NCBI GenBank assembly: GCA_964451165.1
Contig: CAYVGJ010000019.1
Coordinates: forward strand, 1,524-65,523
DNA length: 64,000 nt
Reading direction: 5' to 3'
DNA from: an uncultured bacterium
GTDB lineage: Bacteria; Auribacterota; Auribacteria; Auribacterales; Auribacteraceae
Positions within the stretch are counted from its first letter, which is position 1. Each line of letters opens with the position of its first letter. The position numbers and the translations under genes are program-made. Shown piece after piece: positions 1 through 9,774 of the stretch. The notes below the pieces were generated by a model, which ran no database searches, had not been told where the DNA came from, and saw nothing but the letters and a program-made list of their open reading frames with translations.

Positions 1-1212
1 TTTAAAGGCGAGAATTAAAACGCTTTGAATGTTTTTGCTCATATAGGCAATAGCTATTAATATAATAGCGAAAACGACAATCATGATTCTTGAGACGAGT
101 AAGTAATGTTTTTCGGTTTTGCCTTTTGCGAGAAAAGGTTTGTAAACATCGCAAATGGCGCTGGAAGACAATGCGTTTAAAGCGGAGTCAAGACTGGACA
201 TATCGGCGGAAAAAATAGCTACAATCATTAATCCAGATATTCCCGGAGGTAAAACATTTAAAATAAAGTGAGGGAAAATCTGATCGTTTTGAAGCGGTAT
301 TGCCGTATCCGGGTTAATCTGATAAAACACATATAATAAAACTCCGATAGTAAGAAAAGTAAGAACAAGAGGAAAATCTATTATTCCGGTTAAAATCAAT
401 GCTTTTTGCGCCAGTTTGGATTCTTTGCAGGTAAGCATTCTTTGTGTGAGGTCCTGATCAGTACCCAGAGCGGCAAAAGTCATAAAACAACCGAAAATTA
501 TACCGTTGAGCAAAGTGAATTCATTTTTAAAATCAATGGATAAATCGAAAAATTTCCATTTCCCGGCTTCGGACGCTATTTTATAAATAGGTTCATAACC
601 TCCGCATGAATTATAGATGTAGCCAACGCATAATATGGCTCCACACATAAAAACTGAAAACTGAACAACATCTGTCCAAATTACAGCTTTTATCCCACCC
701 CAGAGTGTATATGCAGTAGTAATTCCGGCGGATATAAGAATTGTAATAGCGATGGGAATTCCAAAAACGACATGTAGCGCGAGAGCAACAGTATATAATC
801 TAACTCCGGTACCGAGTAACCGGGTCACAAAAAAGAAAATTGCGCCGAGAATCTGGGATTTGGGGCCGAAACGGACTTTAAGGTATTCATATACTGTTGT
901 AACTTTTGTGTTGTAAAACGGAATAAGAAAAATAGTGGCTATAAGTATTCTGCCTATAAGGGATCCTATGGCAAGCTGGATATAACCATAGTTTCCTCCT
1001 TTGGCAAAAGCGATTGCGGGAACACCGATAACAGTTATGCTACTACATTCTGTCGCGAGAATAGAAAGGCATACCGCAAACCACGGTATTTTTCGTTTAC
1101 CAAGAAAGAAATCATCGATATTTTTTTCTTCTCGACCGGAAAGATAACCGACAACAGCGATTACCATAAAAAACACGACAAATACTATTATATTGAGTGG
1201 ATTTGCAAACAT
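1..1212 (-). CDS. Sodium:solute symporter family (SSF) transporter, partial. The N-terminal ~400 aa are present and the C-terminus lies beyond the window start.
   Basis: Reverse-strand translation from the ATG at 1210-1212 reads MFANPLNIIVFVVFFMVIAVVGYLSGREEKNIDDFFLGKRKIPWFAVCLSILATECSS... It is continuously open to position 1, with many TM segments and SSF-like motifs. It is absent from the ORF track only because no stop codon falls inside the window. Confidence 0.6.
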   Translation of the reverse strand, partial: MFANPLNIIVFVVFFMVIAVVGYLSGREEKNIDDFFLGKRKIPWFAVCLSILATECSSITVIGVPAIAFAKGGNYGYIQLAIGSLIGRILIATIFLIPFYNTKVTTVYEYLKVRFGPKSQILGAIFFFVTRLLGTGVRLYTVALALHVVFGIPIAITILISAGITTAYTLWGGIKAVIWTDVVQFSVFMCGAILCVGYIYNSCGGYEPIYKIASEAGKWKFFDLSIDFKNEFTLLNGIIFGCFMTFAALGTDQDLTQRMLTCKESKLAQKALILTGIIDFPLVLTFLTIGVLLYVFYQINPDTAIPLQNDQIFPHFILNVLPPGISGLMIVAIFSADMSSLDSALNALSSSAICDVYKPFLAKGKTEKHYLLVSRIMIVVFAIILIAIAYMSKNIQSVLILAFK

Positions 1213-1296
1213 AGATCTCTTATAAATTTTGAGTTGAATTTTAGACAGACTTTATAATACTTTTTTAAGTAAGGCAATAGATAAATTTACAATATT

Positions 1297-4200
1297 TTAG
1301 TTTTTGTCGTGTATGATGCCAACCGGCGGGGAATCGGGCTTTATCCTTGCAGATAGATATTCCGGAAGAATGGCTATATTTATTGGGATGCCTGATTTCA
1401 TAAGTGGAAAACTATCATTGAGAGCAGAATAATTGTTTTTCATAAAATTTGGGTTATGTACAAAGTTTCCTGTCCATCCGAATCTATTTTGATTCAGTTC
1501 TGCGGGTTCGTTTATAACCTGAATCATTGTGTCTGTATGTAAAAAAATGCAATAGGATGATTCAAGGGATTTACCATGGTTATTGTTAAAAAAACAATTG
1601 TTTTTAATTTGAGGATAATTTTCGCCGATTCTTCGGATAGAAATACCGTATTCATTGCGCATTAAAATATTATTGAAAATTCCGGTTGGTGTTGAGGAAT
1701 ATATTTCAATTCCATGATAGATATTATCAATAATCACATTATTACATATATATGCCGGTTTATCAGAATAATGCGCGATTCCGTCATGCCCGTTTTTTTC
1801 TATAACGCAGTTAATAATTTCTGTTTGAGAATTCCCGGTCAATGTAATTCCGTTATCTTTATTATCATAAATTTTGCATCCATATATTAAATTATAGCCT
1901 TTATTAATCCTGATTCCATCGGAGCCATTTTTTATATACAGATTTATTATCCGTGCATTTGTTGAGGATGTTATCGCGCAATACTGAGGGTTGTCGGATT
2001 CGATTATTGTTTTCATCTCAGTATCCGGAAGCCATGTCTGTGGATTTATTCCGCCCCAGATTGTAACGGGATGATATAAAGTGGAATTGATCTGTTTATA
2101 AGTTCCACCCGAAATGAGAATTATCGAACCGGGAATTGATTTGGTTATGGCGGTATCGATATCGGTAAAATCACCTTTGCCGTTTATATCGACTTTTATG
2201 TATTTGTTTTTTCCGTAACCGCTAAATACAGTATGCGGTTTGGTGTAGACAATTTTGTTTCCCGAGTCATCGGTAATATTCGCAAAATCCACGCAGTAGG
2301 TTTCATTTTCTTTATGATCTTCAGTAATAAGCCTGTAGGAATTATCACCCAGATCAATTATCGATTTTATATTTAACTCAGGAGTGATTTTATAATTGTT
2401 TATAATATCCGCTCCTTTTACGGGTTCGCTATAAACAATATCAAGCAGGTGGTAATCGATGGGAAATAGTCTTATGATTTCCGGAGGTTTTTCATCGGTT
2501 TTCAATGAAAATGATTTGTCATAAGGTAAAATTTTATTTTTTTTCAAGTCGGTGACATCATTTTTAAAAAAAATATTATATGCGATCCCTGATTGGAGAG
2601 ATGGGGATACGCTAAATTTGAATGACACCTCGCTAAGTTTTTCTATGCTGATGACCTTTATGTTATTTGAAATATCCGTATTTAAAAACAGGTTAATAAC
2701 CGGTTTGCTGAAATCCAAGATCAACTCATTATCGGACAGTACAGTTATATTTTTCAACACAGGTGGATTTATGACGCTGACTTTGCTTATTTCCTTTGAT
2801 GTTGTAGCGGAATCGTCAGAAGCTATAATAATAAAGGTATAGCTGTCGGCATCATCCAAATTAAATAAATCCAGAGGGAACCGTTCAGGATTATTATTAA
2901 ATTCAGCGAGTTTTATTAATTCTTCCGCCCCGTTTTTTTTACATGAAATAACAACGTTTTTTATATTATCCGCGGGATCTATATCGGTTATATTGAGTTT
3001 AAACTCCGTAATTCCTCCTATGACAGAATTATCCGATGGGTAAATTACTTCTATCACTGGAGGGTGATTTTTGTTCTTGATAATAAAAAAATTTGAAAAA
3101 CTGTAATAAATATAATTATTTATAGTTGTTTTGAGCATTAATCGGATATCCTTCGTATTTTTGAAACCGGATATATCCCATGAGTAATAATTTCCGGATA
3201 AACTTGAAGTTATTATTTTCCAAGTTATTCCGTCAGACGACCATGACAAATCGGATATCCCTTTTTGTGGCGAATCCCATCGAATTTCAATTTTGTCTGA
3301 GAAAATCTGATTTGCTTTATTTGGGATAACAAAAGTAGTCTCGTGAACCGGATCGGGATTATCGAGTGAATATGATTTTGCGGATACTATTTCGGTATTT
3401 GAAAAAGGATCATTGACTACTATTCGAAACCATATTTTCTTTATTTTAGCAAGTTTTATCGTATCCCATGTGAAAGAAGTATCTTTAAGATTATCAGCGA
3501 TAAGAATATAATTAATTTTATCCGGACTGAAAAAAAGTGAACTGTAATTTTCTTGTTTCGGATCGGGTTCGGTTATTTTCCATTCTATGTTTACAGAACC
3601 ATACAGCGATGTATTTTTCGGTGAAATAAGTTCACAGCTTGGCGGAGTATTATTTTGAACATCTAATTTTATTTTAATGGGTATTCCTTCATTGTTTTTG
3701 TCGACAGGTTGAATCTCAAATAGGATGTCTTTTTGATTAATGTATCCGAGATCAGCTATAGTATTCCATTTTATAGAATGTTTTATACCTTCGGGCGTTG
3801 CCTTTATTTTTTCGGTTTCGGAATTGGGTATAGAAGGTATACGGTAATTTTTCCCTGAATCTATTGAGTATTTGATTTTCAGCGATACTTCATCGGCGTT
3901 TTCGTCAGTCAATGTGAAATTGAAAATCAGCAATCCTTTTTCCGATGTTGTTTTTGAATCCAGTTTAATTTCAGGAGGCATAGGGCCGATATTATCTTTG
4001 ACACCATCGTTTGTATTGTCTGAATCATCTTCGTTGCGCAAACCGTCTTCGTCAATATCATCGTCATAGGCATTCAGGATTCCATCGCCGTCGATATCAA
4101 GGTCAATATCGTCTTTAATCCCATCATTATCGAGGTCATCGGTTGTATTTTTTTTACCGTAAAAATAGGCATATTGTCTGTTTGTCTCAAGGCCGTCGGG

Positions 4201-4710
4201 GATAAGGTTTTCGTTTTCATCGGAGGCGAAATAATCGTTATCAACTTCAATAATTTTCCCAATATTGTCGGACAATACACCATAGGAATCTATTTTAGTG
4301 ATTATGCCGAGATCAATTTCATCCTTATTATTTATTCGCATCATCACCGGTGCTTTAAATTTTTTATATTTTAGAGGTTTGTAAGTCAGTTGAAATTGGA
4401 AGTTGTTTCTTGGGTCAAGAAAGATTACTGCATAAGATTCATTATTGGGAACCTGAATGGAAAAGCAACCGTTGACATCTACTGTTTGAGTATATTCAAC
4501 AGATTTACTGTTGATGAATAAGATTTTCCAGTAAGCGAAAAAAGGATTTACCCCAATATCGGAAATTCCGAAATTTTCCATATCTTTGATAAAAAGAGAT
4601 CCTTTTACCGTAGTAGATTCCTGGTTTGGGAAACAGTTATTCATGTATAGCAGAAGAAACAAAAATGTCAAACAGGAACTTATTTTGCGCACATTATTTA
4701 GTTTCATTTG
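1297..4710 (-). CDS. Large secreted protein (~1137 aa). It has a signal peptide, TSP type-3-like Ca-binding Asp repeats, Ig/FN3-like domains and a C-terminal right-handed parallel beta-helix.
   Basis: The ORF is 1297..4728 and the first in-frame codon is GTG. The likely start is the ATG at 4708-4710, giving MKLNNVRKISSCLTFLFLLLYM, a signal peptide. The DxDxDGxxDxxD run reads DNDGIKDDIDLDIDGDGILNAYDDDIDEDGLRNEDD. The C-terminal beta-helix repeats read NGITLTGNSQTEIINCVIEKNGHDGIAHY. The start overlaps the last 17 nt of the upstream DUF1573 gene. Confidence 0.75.
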   Translation of the reverse strand, partial: QMKLNNVRKISSCLTFLFLLLYMNNCFPNQESTTVKGSLFIKDMENFGISDIGVNPFFAYWKILFINSKSVEYTQTVDVNGCFSIQVPNNESYAVIFLDPRNNFQFQLTYKPLKYKKFKAPVMMRINNKDEIDLGIITKIDSYGVLSDNIGKIIEVDNDYFASDENENLIPDGLETNRQYAYFYGKKNTTDDLDNDGIKDDIDLDIDGDGILNAYDDDIDEDGLRNEDDSDNTNDGVKDNIGPMPPEIKLDSKTTSEKGLLIFNFTLTDENADEVSLKIKYSIDSGKNYRIPSIPNSETEKIKATPEGIKHSIKWNTIADLGYINQKDILFEIQPVDKNNEGIPIKIKLDVQNNTPPSCELISPKNTSLYGSVNIEWKITEPDPKQENYSSLFFSPDKINYILIADNLKDTSFTWDTIKLAKIKKIWFRIVVNDPFSNTEIVSAKSYSLDNPDPVHETTFVIPNKANQIFSDKIEIRWDSPQKGISDLSWSSDGITWKIITSSLSGNYYSWDISGFKNTKDIRLMLKTTINNYIYYSFSNFFIIKNKNHPPVIEVIYPSDNSVIGGITEFKLNITDIDPADNIKNVVISCKKNGAEELIKLAEFNNNPERFPLDLFNLDDADSYTFIIIASDDSATTSKEISKVSVINPPVLKNITVLSDNELILDFSKPVINLFLNTDISNNIKVISIEKLSEVSFKFSVSPSLQSGIAYNIFFKNDVTDLKKNKILPYDKSFSLKTDEKPPEIIRLFPIDYHLLDIVYSEPVKGADIINNYKITPELNIKSIIDLGDNSYRLITEDHKENETYCVDFANITDDSGNKIVYTKPHTVFSGYGKNKYIKVDINGKGDFTDIDTAITKSIPGSIILISGGTYKQINSTLYHPVTIWGGINPQTWLPDTEMKTIIESDNPQYCAITSSTNARIINLYIKNGSDGIRINKGYNLIYGCKIYDNKDNGITLTGNSQTEIINCVIEKNGHDGIAHYSDKPAYICNNVIIDNIYHGIEIYSSTPTGIFNNILMRNEYGISIRRIGENYPQIKNNCFFNNNHGKSLESSYCIFLHTDTMIQVINEPAELNQNRFGWTGNFVHNPNFMKNNYSALNDSFPLMKSGIPINIAILPEYLSARIKPDSPPVGIIHDKN

Positions 4711-5785
4711 ATTGGTCAACAAATCCACAGATATCTATTCTTCTTGTTGGTTGAACAGGGTCATTAGTGTATATAAAAGCGTATTGTTTTACTGTTCCGG
4801 GTGTATCAGGTTTTGTAACTTTTATTTTGAAATTAAATTCTTTGTTCGGTTTAATTGATACAGGTTTATCAAGATCGGTTTCAAATCCGTACGGAACATT
4901 GATTCTTTCGATATTAAGGTCCTGGCCGCCTATATTTCTTATGGAGAATATCATCTCTTTTGCTTCAAATTTATTTTTATCCACGACACCGAAATCCCAT
5001 GTGGACGGTACAATAATCATATTTGCCGGGGGAGTTCCTTTTACATACCCGAGTATTCTGATAGTGATTCTCGGCTGAGTTGTATCGTTGGTCGCGAAAG
5101 TGATAAAACGTTCAACTATGCCGGCGGTTGTGAGAGGGTCTATAGCTATTTCCATAGTCGTTTCCGTATTTGGAGCGATAGTATCGCTTTTGGTTGTCGC
5201 GTTACATCCGTAACTGCCTCTTATCTCAGATAATAGGAGTTCTTTTATACCTTCGTTTTTAATTGTAAAACTTTTTTTCGGTGCAAATCCCTGATCAACA
5301 AGGCCGAAATCCCATGTTTCTGTTTCAAATTTAATTCGTGGGCCTGGAGGAACTTCGATAAATGATTTTATCTCCAGTGTTATTCTTGGTTCCTGTGGGT
5401 CATTCGACTCTACATATATATGTTTAATTTGTTCATCTTTTCTCCCAGATGAATCAAAATTTACTTTCAAAACGGCTTTATCGCTGGGTTTTAGATTCTG
5501 GCTTGACGGAATAACCGCTGTACATCCGCATGATGTCTGGATCGAAGTAATCATCAAATCGGCGTTTCCAGTATTTGTAAACTCAAAATCATGTGATACT
5601 TTTTCACCTTGTGTGATTTTCCCGAAATCCCATTTTGTTTCATTGAAATTTATCTTAGGTGCATTTTTTTTAACATTATCAGACATAATAGATTCGTTTG
5701 TGGATTCTTGACCGTTCATGGAAAAAGCAAATAGTGAAATAAATAAAGAAGATGTCAGGGAAATAGATAGAAAAAAATTTTTCAT
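4694..5785 (-). CDS. Secreted protein with three tandem DUF1573 domains.
   Basis: The motif hWDFG...G.......N.G...L.I..h..SCGCT occurs three times: KWDFGKIT...SIQTSCGCTAV, ETWDFGLV...GSYGCNAT and STWDFGVV. The start is taken at the ATG complementary to 5783-5785 (MKNFFLSISL, a signal peptide), which has an AGGAG SD 8 nt upstream. The longer track ORF (to 5842) has no RBS. Confidence 0.75.
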   Translation of the reverse strand: MKNFFLSISLTSSLFISLFAFSMNGQESTNESIMSDNVKKNAPKINFNETKWDFGKITQGEKVSHDFEFTNTGNADLMITSIQTSCGCTAVIPSSQNLKPSDKAVLKVNFDSSGRKDEQIKHIYVESNDPQEPRITLEIKSFIEVPPGPRIKFETETWDFGLVDQGFAPKKSFTIKNEGIKELLLSEIRGSYGCNATTKSDTIAPNTETTMEIAIDPLTTAGIVERFITFATNDTTQPRITIRILGYVKGTPPANMIIVPSTWDFGVVDKNKFEAKEMIFSIRNIGGQDLNIERINVPYGFETDLDKPVSIKPNKEFNFKIKVTKPDTPGTVKQYAFIYTNDPVQPTRRIDICGFVDQSNETK

Positions 5786-6098
5786 TTTTTTGCTCCTTCT
5801 AATAATTCGTTTATTATAATAATCTATTCGGTAAAATATCATATTTCAAATAACTTATTTTAAACGTTTTTTTATGCCAATACAATACAATGATGAAACT
5901 TTTATTGTTTCTCAAACTATAATATTTTTTGTAATATTTTGTAATATGTTGATAAATAAAAATTTTTATAATGAACAATAATAAGAAATATTTTATATAT
6001 GAAAAGGAATAAAAAATTATGGTTTCGTAATCAGTTTCATAAAGAATTAAAAAAAGTACAAATATTTATAAAAAAGTTAAAAAATTTTTCTGTATGCC

Positions 6099-6129
6099 TT
6101 GACGAAACAAGAAAAACCATGCTATACTA
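6099..6129 (+). promoter_or_regulatory. Candidate sigma70-like promoter for the PEP-CTERM gene at 6200. The -35 is TTGACG and the -10 is TATACT, with a 19-bp spacer.
   Basis: TTGACG lies at 6099-6104 and TATACT at 6124-6129, in the 357-bp AT-rich region upstream of 6200. The 6200 gene has a strong SD (GAGGGGGAA). Confidence 0.3.
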
Positions 6130-6199
6130 TGTATAACAGAATTAAGAGGATTACAGGAACATAACTTTATTTATAAACTCAAATTGACGAGGGGGAATC

Positions 6200-6829
6200 A
6201 TGTCTAAAAAATTATTATCGATTCTAAGTGTTATGGTATCTGTTATGTTGTTTGCTATTTCCGCGAATTCAGCAACCATAAATATTTATCAGATAGGGAA
6301 TACCGAAAATCTGAATGATAGCGGTGGAAATCCTATTCCGACAGATTCACTAATTCAAGTGCTTGTATCTCCTGACATGGTGATAGATTCCATAAATCTG
6401 CCAAGTATAACCCCGTCCGATGATGATTATCTGGCCGGTTCTTTTTACGCAACTGATCCGGGTGGAATTTATTTGTTTGCCTCATTTACCGGAGAATATA
6501 TTCTGGATATTCCTGACGCGTATATTACTGCTGTTGGCGGTGTAACAAATGTTCCTTTGTATATTCGTTTTTTTAGCGTAGAGGATCCTTCTACAGCATA
6601 TGATAACGGTGATCCCTTTTCATATGGAACATATGGTTTTGTATATTTAGCAGAGTCTCCTAACATAGGTGAATACGATTTATTTTTCTTAGATCAACCT
6701 GGTGACACGCCTGTTGATGCTGAATATCCTGTTAATCAAGGCAATGGCCCTGCTGTTCCTGAACCGTTTACAATAATTACTTTACTTGCCGGCATAACGG
6801 GAATAAAATTTTGGAGCAGGAAAAAGTAA
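6200..6829 (+). CDS. Secreted PEP-CTERM-anchored protein (predicted exosortase substrate), small paralog A1.
   Basis: N-terminal signal peptide. The C-terminus AVPEPFTIITLLAGITGIKFWSRKK* is a classic PEP-CTERM: VPEP, then a TM helix, then a basic tail. It carries the lineage-specific domain VQ(L/V)I...GDDxLL...(V/I)Y(V/I)R(F/V)FN that all five proteins at 6200-12650 share. Confidence 0.8.
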   Translation: MSKKLLSILSVMVSVMLFAISANSATINIYQIGNTENLNDSGGNPIPTDSLIQVLVSPDMVIDSINLPSITPSDDDYLAGSFYATDPGGIYLFASFTGEYILDIPDAYITAVGGVTNVPLYIRFFSVEDPSTAYDNGDPFSYGTYGFVYLAESPNIGEYDLFFLDQPGDTPVDAEYPVNQGNGPAVPEPFTIITLLAGITGIKFWSRKK

Positions 6830-6875
6830 TTTAACATATATTATAATGATGAATTTTTATTGAGGAGATTTAAAT

Positions 6876-8969
6876 ATGCGGAAGAAGATTTTAATTCCTT
6901 TATTATTGCTGTTTGGGTTTATTGCTTCTACAGGGTATGCGCAGGTAGATCCAAATAGTTCGAAGTTGCATATAGCCGCTACAATCGGGATTACTGATGA
7001 GAACGGTGCTCTTCTTCCGGGGAATAATCCCGCCAGACAGACGAATACAGCGTATGGTCCTTATGTTCCTGGTGCGGTGGTGCAATTAATATCGGTTGGA
7101 GCGGATAATATAGCTAATCCTCCTTCTGAAACCGGTGGAGTTACCGGGGATGACGTTTTGTTATCGACTCATGCTATCGGTGAAGGAGTAAATATACTGT
7201 ATACGGTTTCCGGTAAATTCGATTTTATTCTTGTTGGCGCGGATATACCTGCAGGATATGTTTATATCAGGATATTTAATAAATCTTCGTTGGCGGAAGC
7301 GACCTATTATGGCCAAGCTACACCCGTATCTTATTCGACTTTAGCGGGTAATCTTGACAGGTATTATTATGTAAACCTGAATGGTCTGACGACTACAGAT
7401 CAGATGTTGAGCCAGAATACTTCACCTGTTGCCAATGCCGGCGGTCCTTATACTATTGATGAAGGATCCACAATACAGCTTGATGCGGGGGCAACAACCG
7501 ATCCTGATGATCAGATCGGCGACTTAACATTCGAATGGGATCTTGATTGTGATGGGCAGTTTGATGATGCAAGCGGGGTAAATCCTACTACAGCTGTGTG
7601 GCCGGATAATGTAACCAGAACAATAGCAGTCAAGGTTAGTGATCCTGATGATAATATATCATATGCCAGTGCGTCTGTTGTTGTGAACAACGTTGCTCCA
7701 ACCGTTGATGATATAACCGATAAAAACATATCTGAGGGTGATTTGGTGTCGATAATTGTTTCTTACTCTGATTTGGGATCCCTTGATACGCATACAGCTA
7801 CTATGGATTGGGGTGATGGAAATATCGTGCCTGATTTTGATATTCAGAATAATAGCATAAATTTAGAACATCAATATACCGATTTTAATATATATACTGC
7901 AAAGTTGACTGTCACAGATAAAGACGGTGGCTTTGTTGAAAAAGTTTTTCAGGTGAATGTAGCGCGTGTCCCTATTAACTTGACAGCTACATTGGAAGAT
8001 AACAAAGATATTACTCTAGAGTGGAATGTGGTTGCCGGCAAAGAATATGAAATAATGTACTCTGATTCGTCGTTTGAAAAATTCGGTACTGCTGATATGA
8101 ATTGGCATTTAGCTGGAGTATCGTCAACGGGATTGTTTGTCGATCAGGGTGATGCTGATGGATATGACAATATTCAAGGCACTGCTGATGACAGACTGCA
8201 TCCTAAAGATGCTGTTGTGCGGTATTATCGAATTGTTCTGGCGGGTTCTGTAAACGCCGGAAGTCCCTGGGCGTCAGAAAATATTGTTTATTATAGAAAT
8301 ATAAAGTTATATACTGGTAGAAATTTTGTTGGAAATAAATGCGATTCCCTGAAATTATCAGAGACACTTGACGGTAGGTTTTTGCCGGGTTCTGATATGC
8401 CGAGCACAGCTACTATTGTGGATTTTTGGCAGGGAACCGTACAGAGAACAGCATATCTTGCCGACTATAATAATACATGGTTTGACTTGATGGGAAGTCC
8501 ATTGACAAATGATGATATTTCAGTTGGTTCTGGATTTATTGTCACAATACCTCCTAACGCGGCATCACCTATAACATTGCCGATGGTAGGTATTGTAAAC
8601 GCGCAGGATAGCGGAGATATAACTGTAAATGCTAATGATTACACAACTGTATCTTTGCCGTATGAGGGCGAAGTTACGCTTGATCAATCAGGGCTTTTGG
8701 AATGCGGGTTCAGGAGCGATTCTACTTCCCGTAAAGCTGATAAAATATACTTTTTTAATCCGGAAACACAAAGGTATGATTTGGTTGTGTTTCATTATAT
8801 TTCCACAAATGGAAGTATAAAAGAATGGAGATATATGGATCAAACGGTATGTAATAGAAAGATTAAGGCTGGTGAAGCGTTTTTAATAAAAACGAATACG
8901 ACAACTCTTTTGACGCATTGGATTGTGAATAGGCCTTATCCGAAATCAAATTCAAATATGAATAAATAG
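6876..8969 (+). CDS. Secreted multidomain surface protein. It has an N-terminal family-specific beta-sandwich domain, two PKD domains and an FN3-like C-terminal region. Large paralog B1.
   Basis: Signal peptide MRKKILIPLLLLFGFIASTGYA. PKD signatures include FEWDLDCDGQFDD and TATMDWGDGN...HQY..FNIYTAKLTVTDKDGG. GGAG RBS. Confidence 0.8.
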   Translation: MRKKILIPLLLLFGFIASTGYAQVDPNSSKLHIAATIGITDENGALLPGNNPARQTNTAYGPYVPGAVVQLISVGADNIANPPSETGGVTGDDVLLSTHAIGEGVNILYTVSGKFDFILVGADIPAGYVYIRIFNKSSLAEATYYGQATPVSYSTLAGNLDRYYYVNLNGLTTTDQMLSQNTSPVANAGGPYTIDEGSTIQLDAGATTDPDDQIGDLTFEWDLDCDGQFDDASGVNPTTAVWPDNVTRTIAVKVSDPDDNISYASASVVVNNVAPTVDDITDKNISEGDLVSIIVSYSDLGSLDTHTATMDWGDGNIVPDFDIQNNSINLEHQYTDFNIYTAKLTVTDKDGGFVEKVFQVNVARVPINLTATLEDNKDITLEWNVVAGKEYEIMYSDSSFEKFGTADMNWHLAGVSSTGLFVDQGDADGYDNIQGTADDRLHPKDAVVRYYRIVLAGSVNAGSPWASENIVYYRNIKLYTGRNFVGNKCDSLKLSETLDGRFLPGSDMPSTATIVDFWQGTVQRTAYLADYNNTWFDLMGSPLTNDDISVGSGFIVTIPPNAASPITLPMVGIVNAQDSGDITVNANDYTTVSLPYEGEVTLDQSGLLECGFRSDSTSRKADKIYFFNPETQRYDLVVFHYISTNGSIKEWRYMDQTVCNRKIKAGEAFLIKTNTTTLLTHWIVNRPYPKSNSNMNK

Positions 8970-9009
8970 TTATTATAATATAAATAATAAATTAAGGAGA
9001 TTAGACAAG

Positions 9010-9762
9010 ATGAAGAAAATTTTATTCAGCCTCATGCTAAGCTTGTCGGTATTTTTATTCGGTCTGGATGCCTATGCAGTAAAATATCTTGATATGGAAG
9101 TGTACAATGCTGACGAGTATGAATCACCCGGAACGCACAGAATATACGATGTATTTACAGGTGAGTATGTAAAAACAAACTCTCTCGTTCAGGTTATATG
9201 GGCTGGTCCCAATGGTCAGGTTGATATGATAAATTTAACCAATTTTATGCCTGGTGGAGATGATCAGTTATTGCAATTTGATTTTCAATATGACCCTATA
9301 TCAGGAGATTTATTATCAACAAGTGACGCGATAGCACATATAGGCGATGGTTATGTCGATGATGGTGATGGAAGGCTTATTGCCGCTTTCCAAGCTATTG
9401 ACCTGGAATATTATGATAAACCTGTTTACGATGGGTTGGGAAACAAGATATATTCCGGTGGTGTTGCGGAAAATATAAAAGTTTATGTCCGTGTATTTAA
9501 TATGGAAGATCCATATCAGAACTTATTGGATTCTTTCGATCTCGGGCCTATATCCTGGTTTGATTCGCCGGTTGTCGGTTTACCCGAACCGGATTTCTTT
9601 TATTTCGGTTATTATAACTTTTTGGTATATGATGGGCAACAACTTGGCCCGCAGTACACTCAGAAAGATATATGGGATCAATATTTTGTGCCGGAACCAA
9701 GTTCTTTATTATTGTTGCTTTCAGCATTTGCCGGTTTAAAAGTAATAAGAAGAAAAAAATAA
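9010..9762 (+). CDS. Secreted PEP-CTERM-anchored protein, small paralog A2.
   Basis: Signal peptide. The C-terminus is FVPEPSSLLLLLSAFAGLKVIRRKK*. It is homologous to the 6200 product: SLVQVIWAGPNG, GDDQLL, NIKVYVRVFNMEDP. AGGAG RBS. Confidence 0.8.
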   Translation: MKKILFSLMLSLSVFLFGLDAYAVKYLDMEVYNADEYESPGTHRIYDVFTGEYVKTNSLVQVIWAGPNGQVDMINLTNFMPGGDDQLLQFDFQYDPISGDLLSTSDAIAHIGDGYVDDGDGRLIAAFQAIDLEYYDKPVYDGLGNKIYSGGVAENIKVYVRVFNMEDPYQNLLDSFDLGPISWFDSPVVGLPEPDFFYFGYYNFLVYDGQQLGPQYTQKDIWDQYFVPEPSSLLLLLSAFAGLKVIRRKK

Positions 9763-9774
9763 TCATAAATATTT

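Noticed and set aside
2552-2842. Short ORFs antisense to or nested within large genes (for example 2552..2842+, 3872..4069+, 11702..12079-, 30921..31403-, 48768..49478+, 50644..50991+, 52280..52570+, 17845..18192-, 63387..63578+).
   Set aside because: They lie entirely inside longer, motif-supported ORFs on the other strand or in another frame. They have no RBS, low-complexity or odd composition, and no recognisable motifs, so they are spurious six-frame artefacts.
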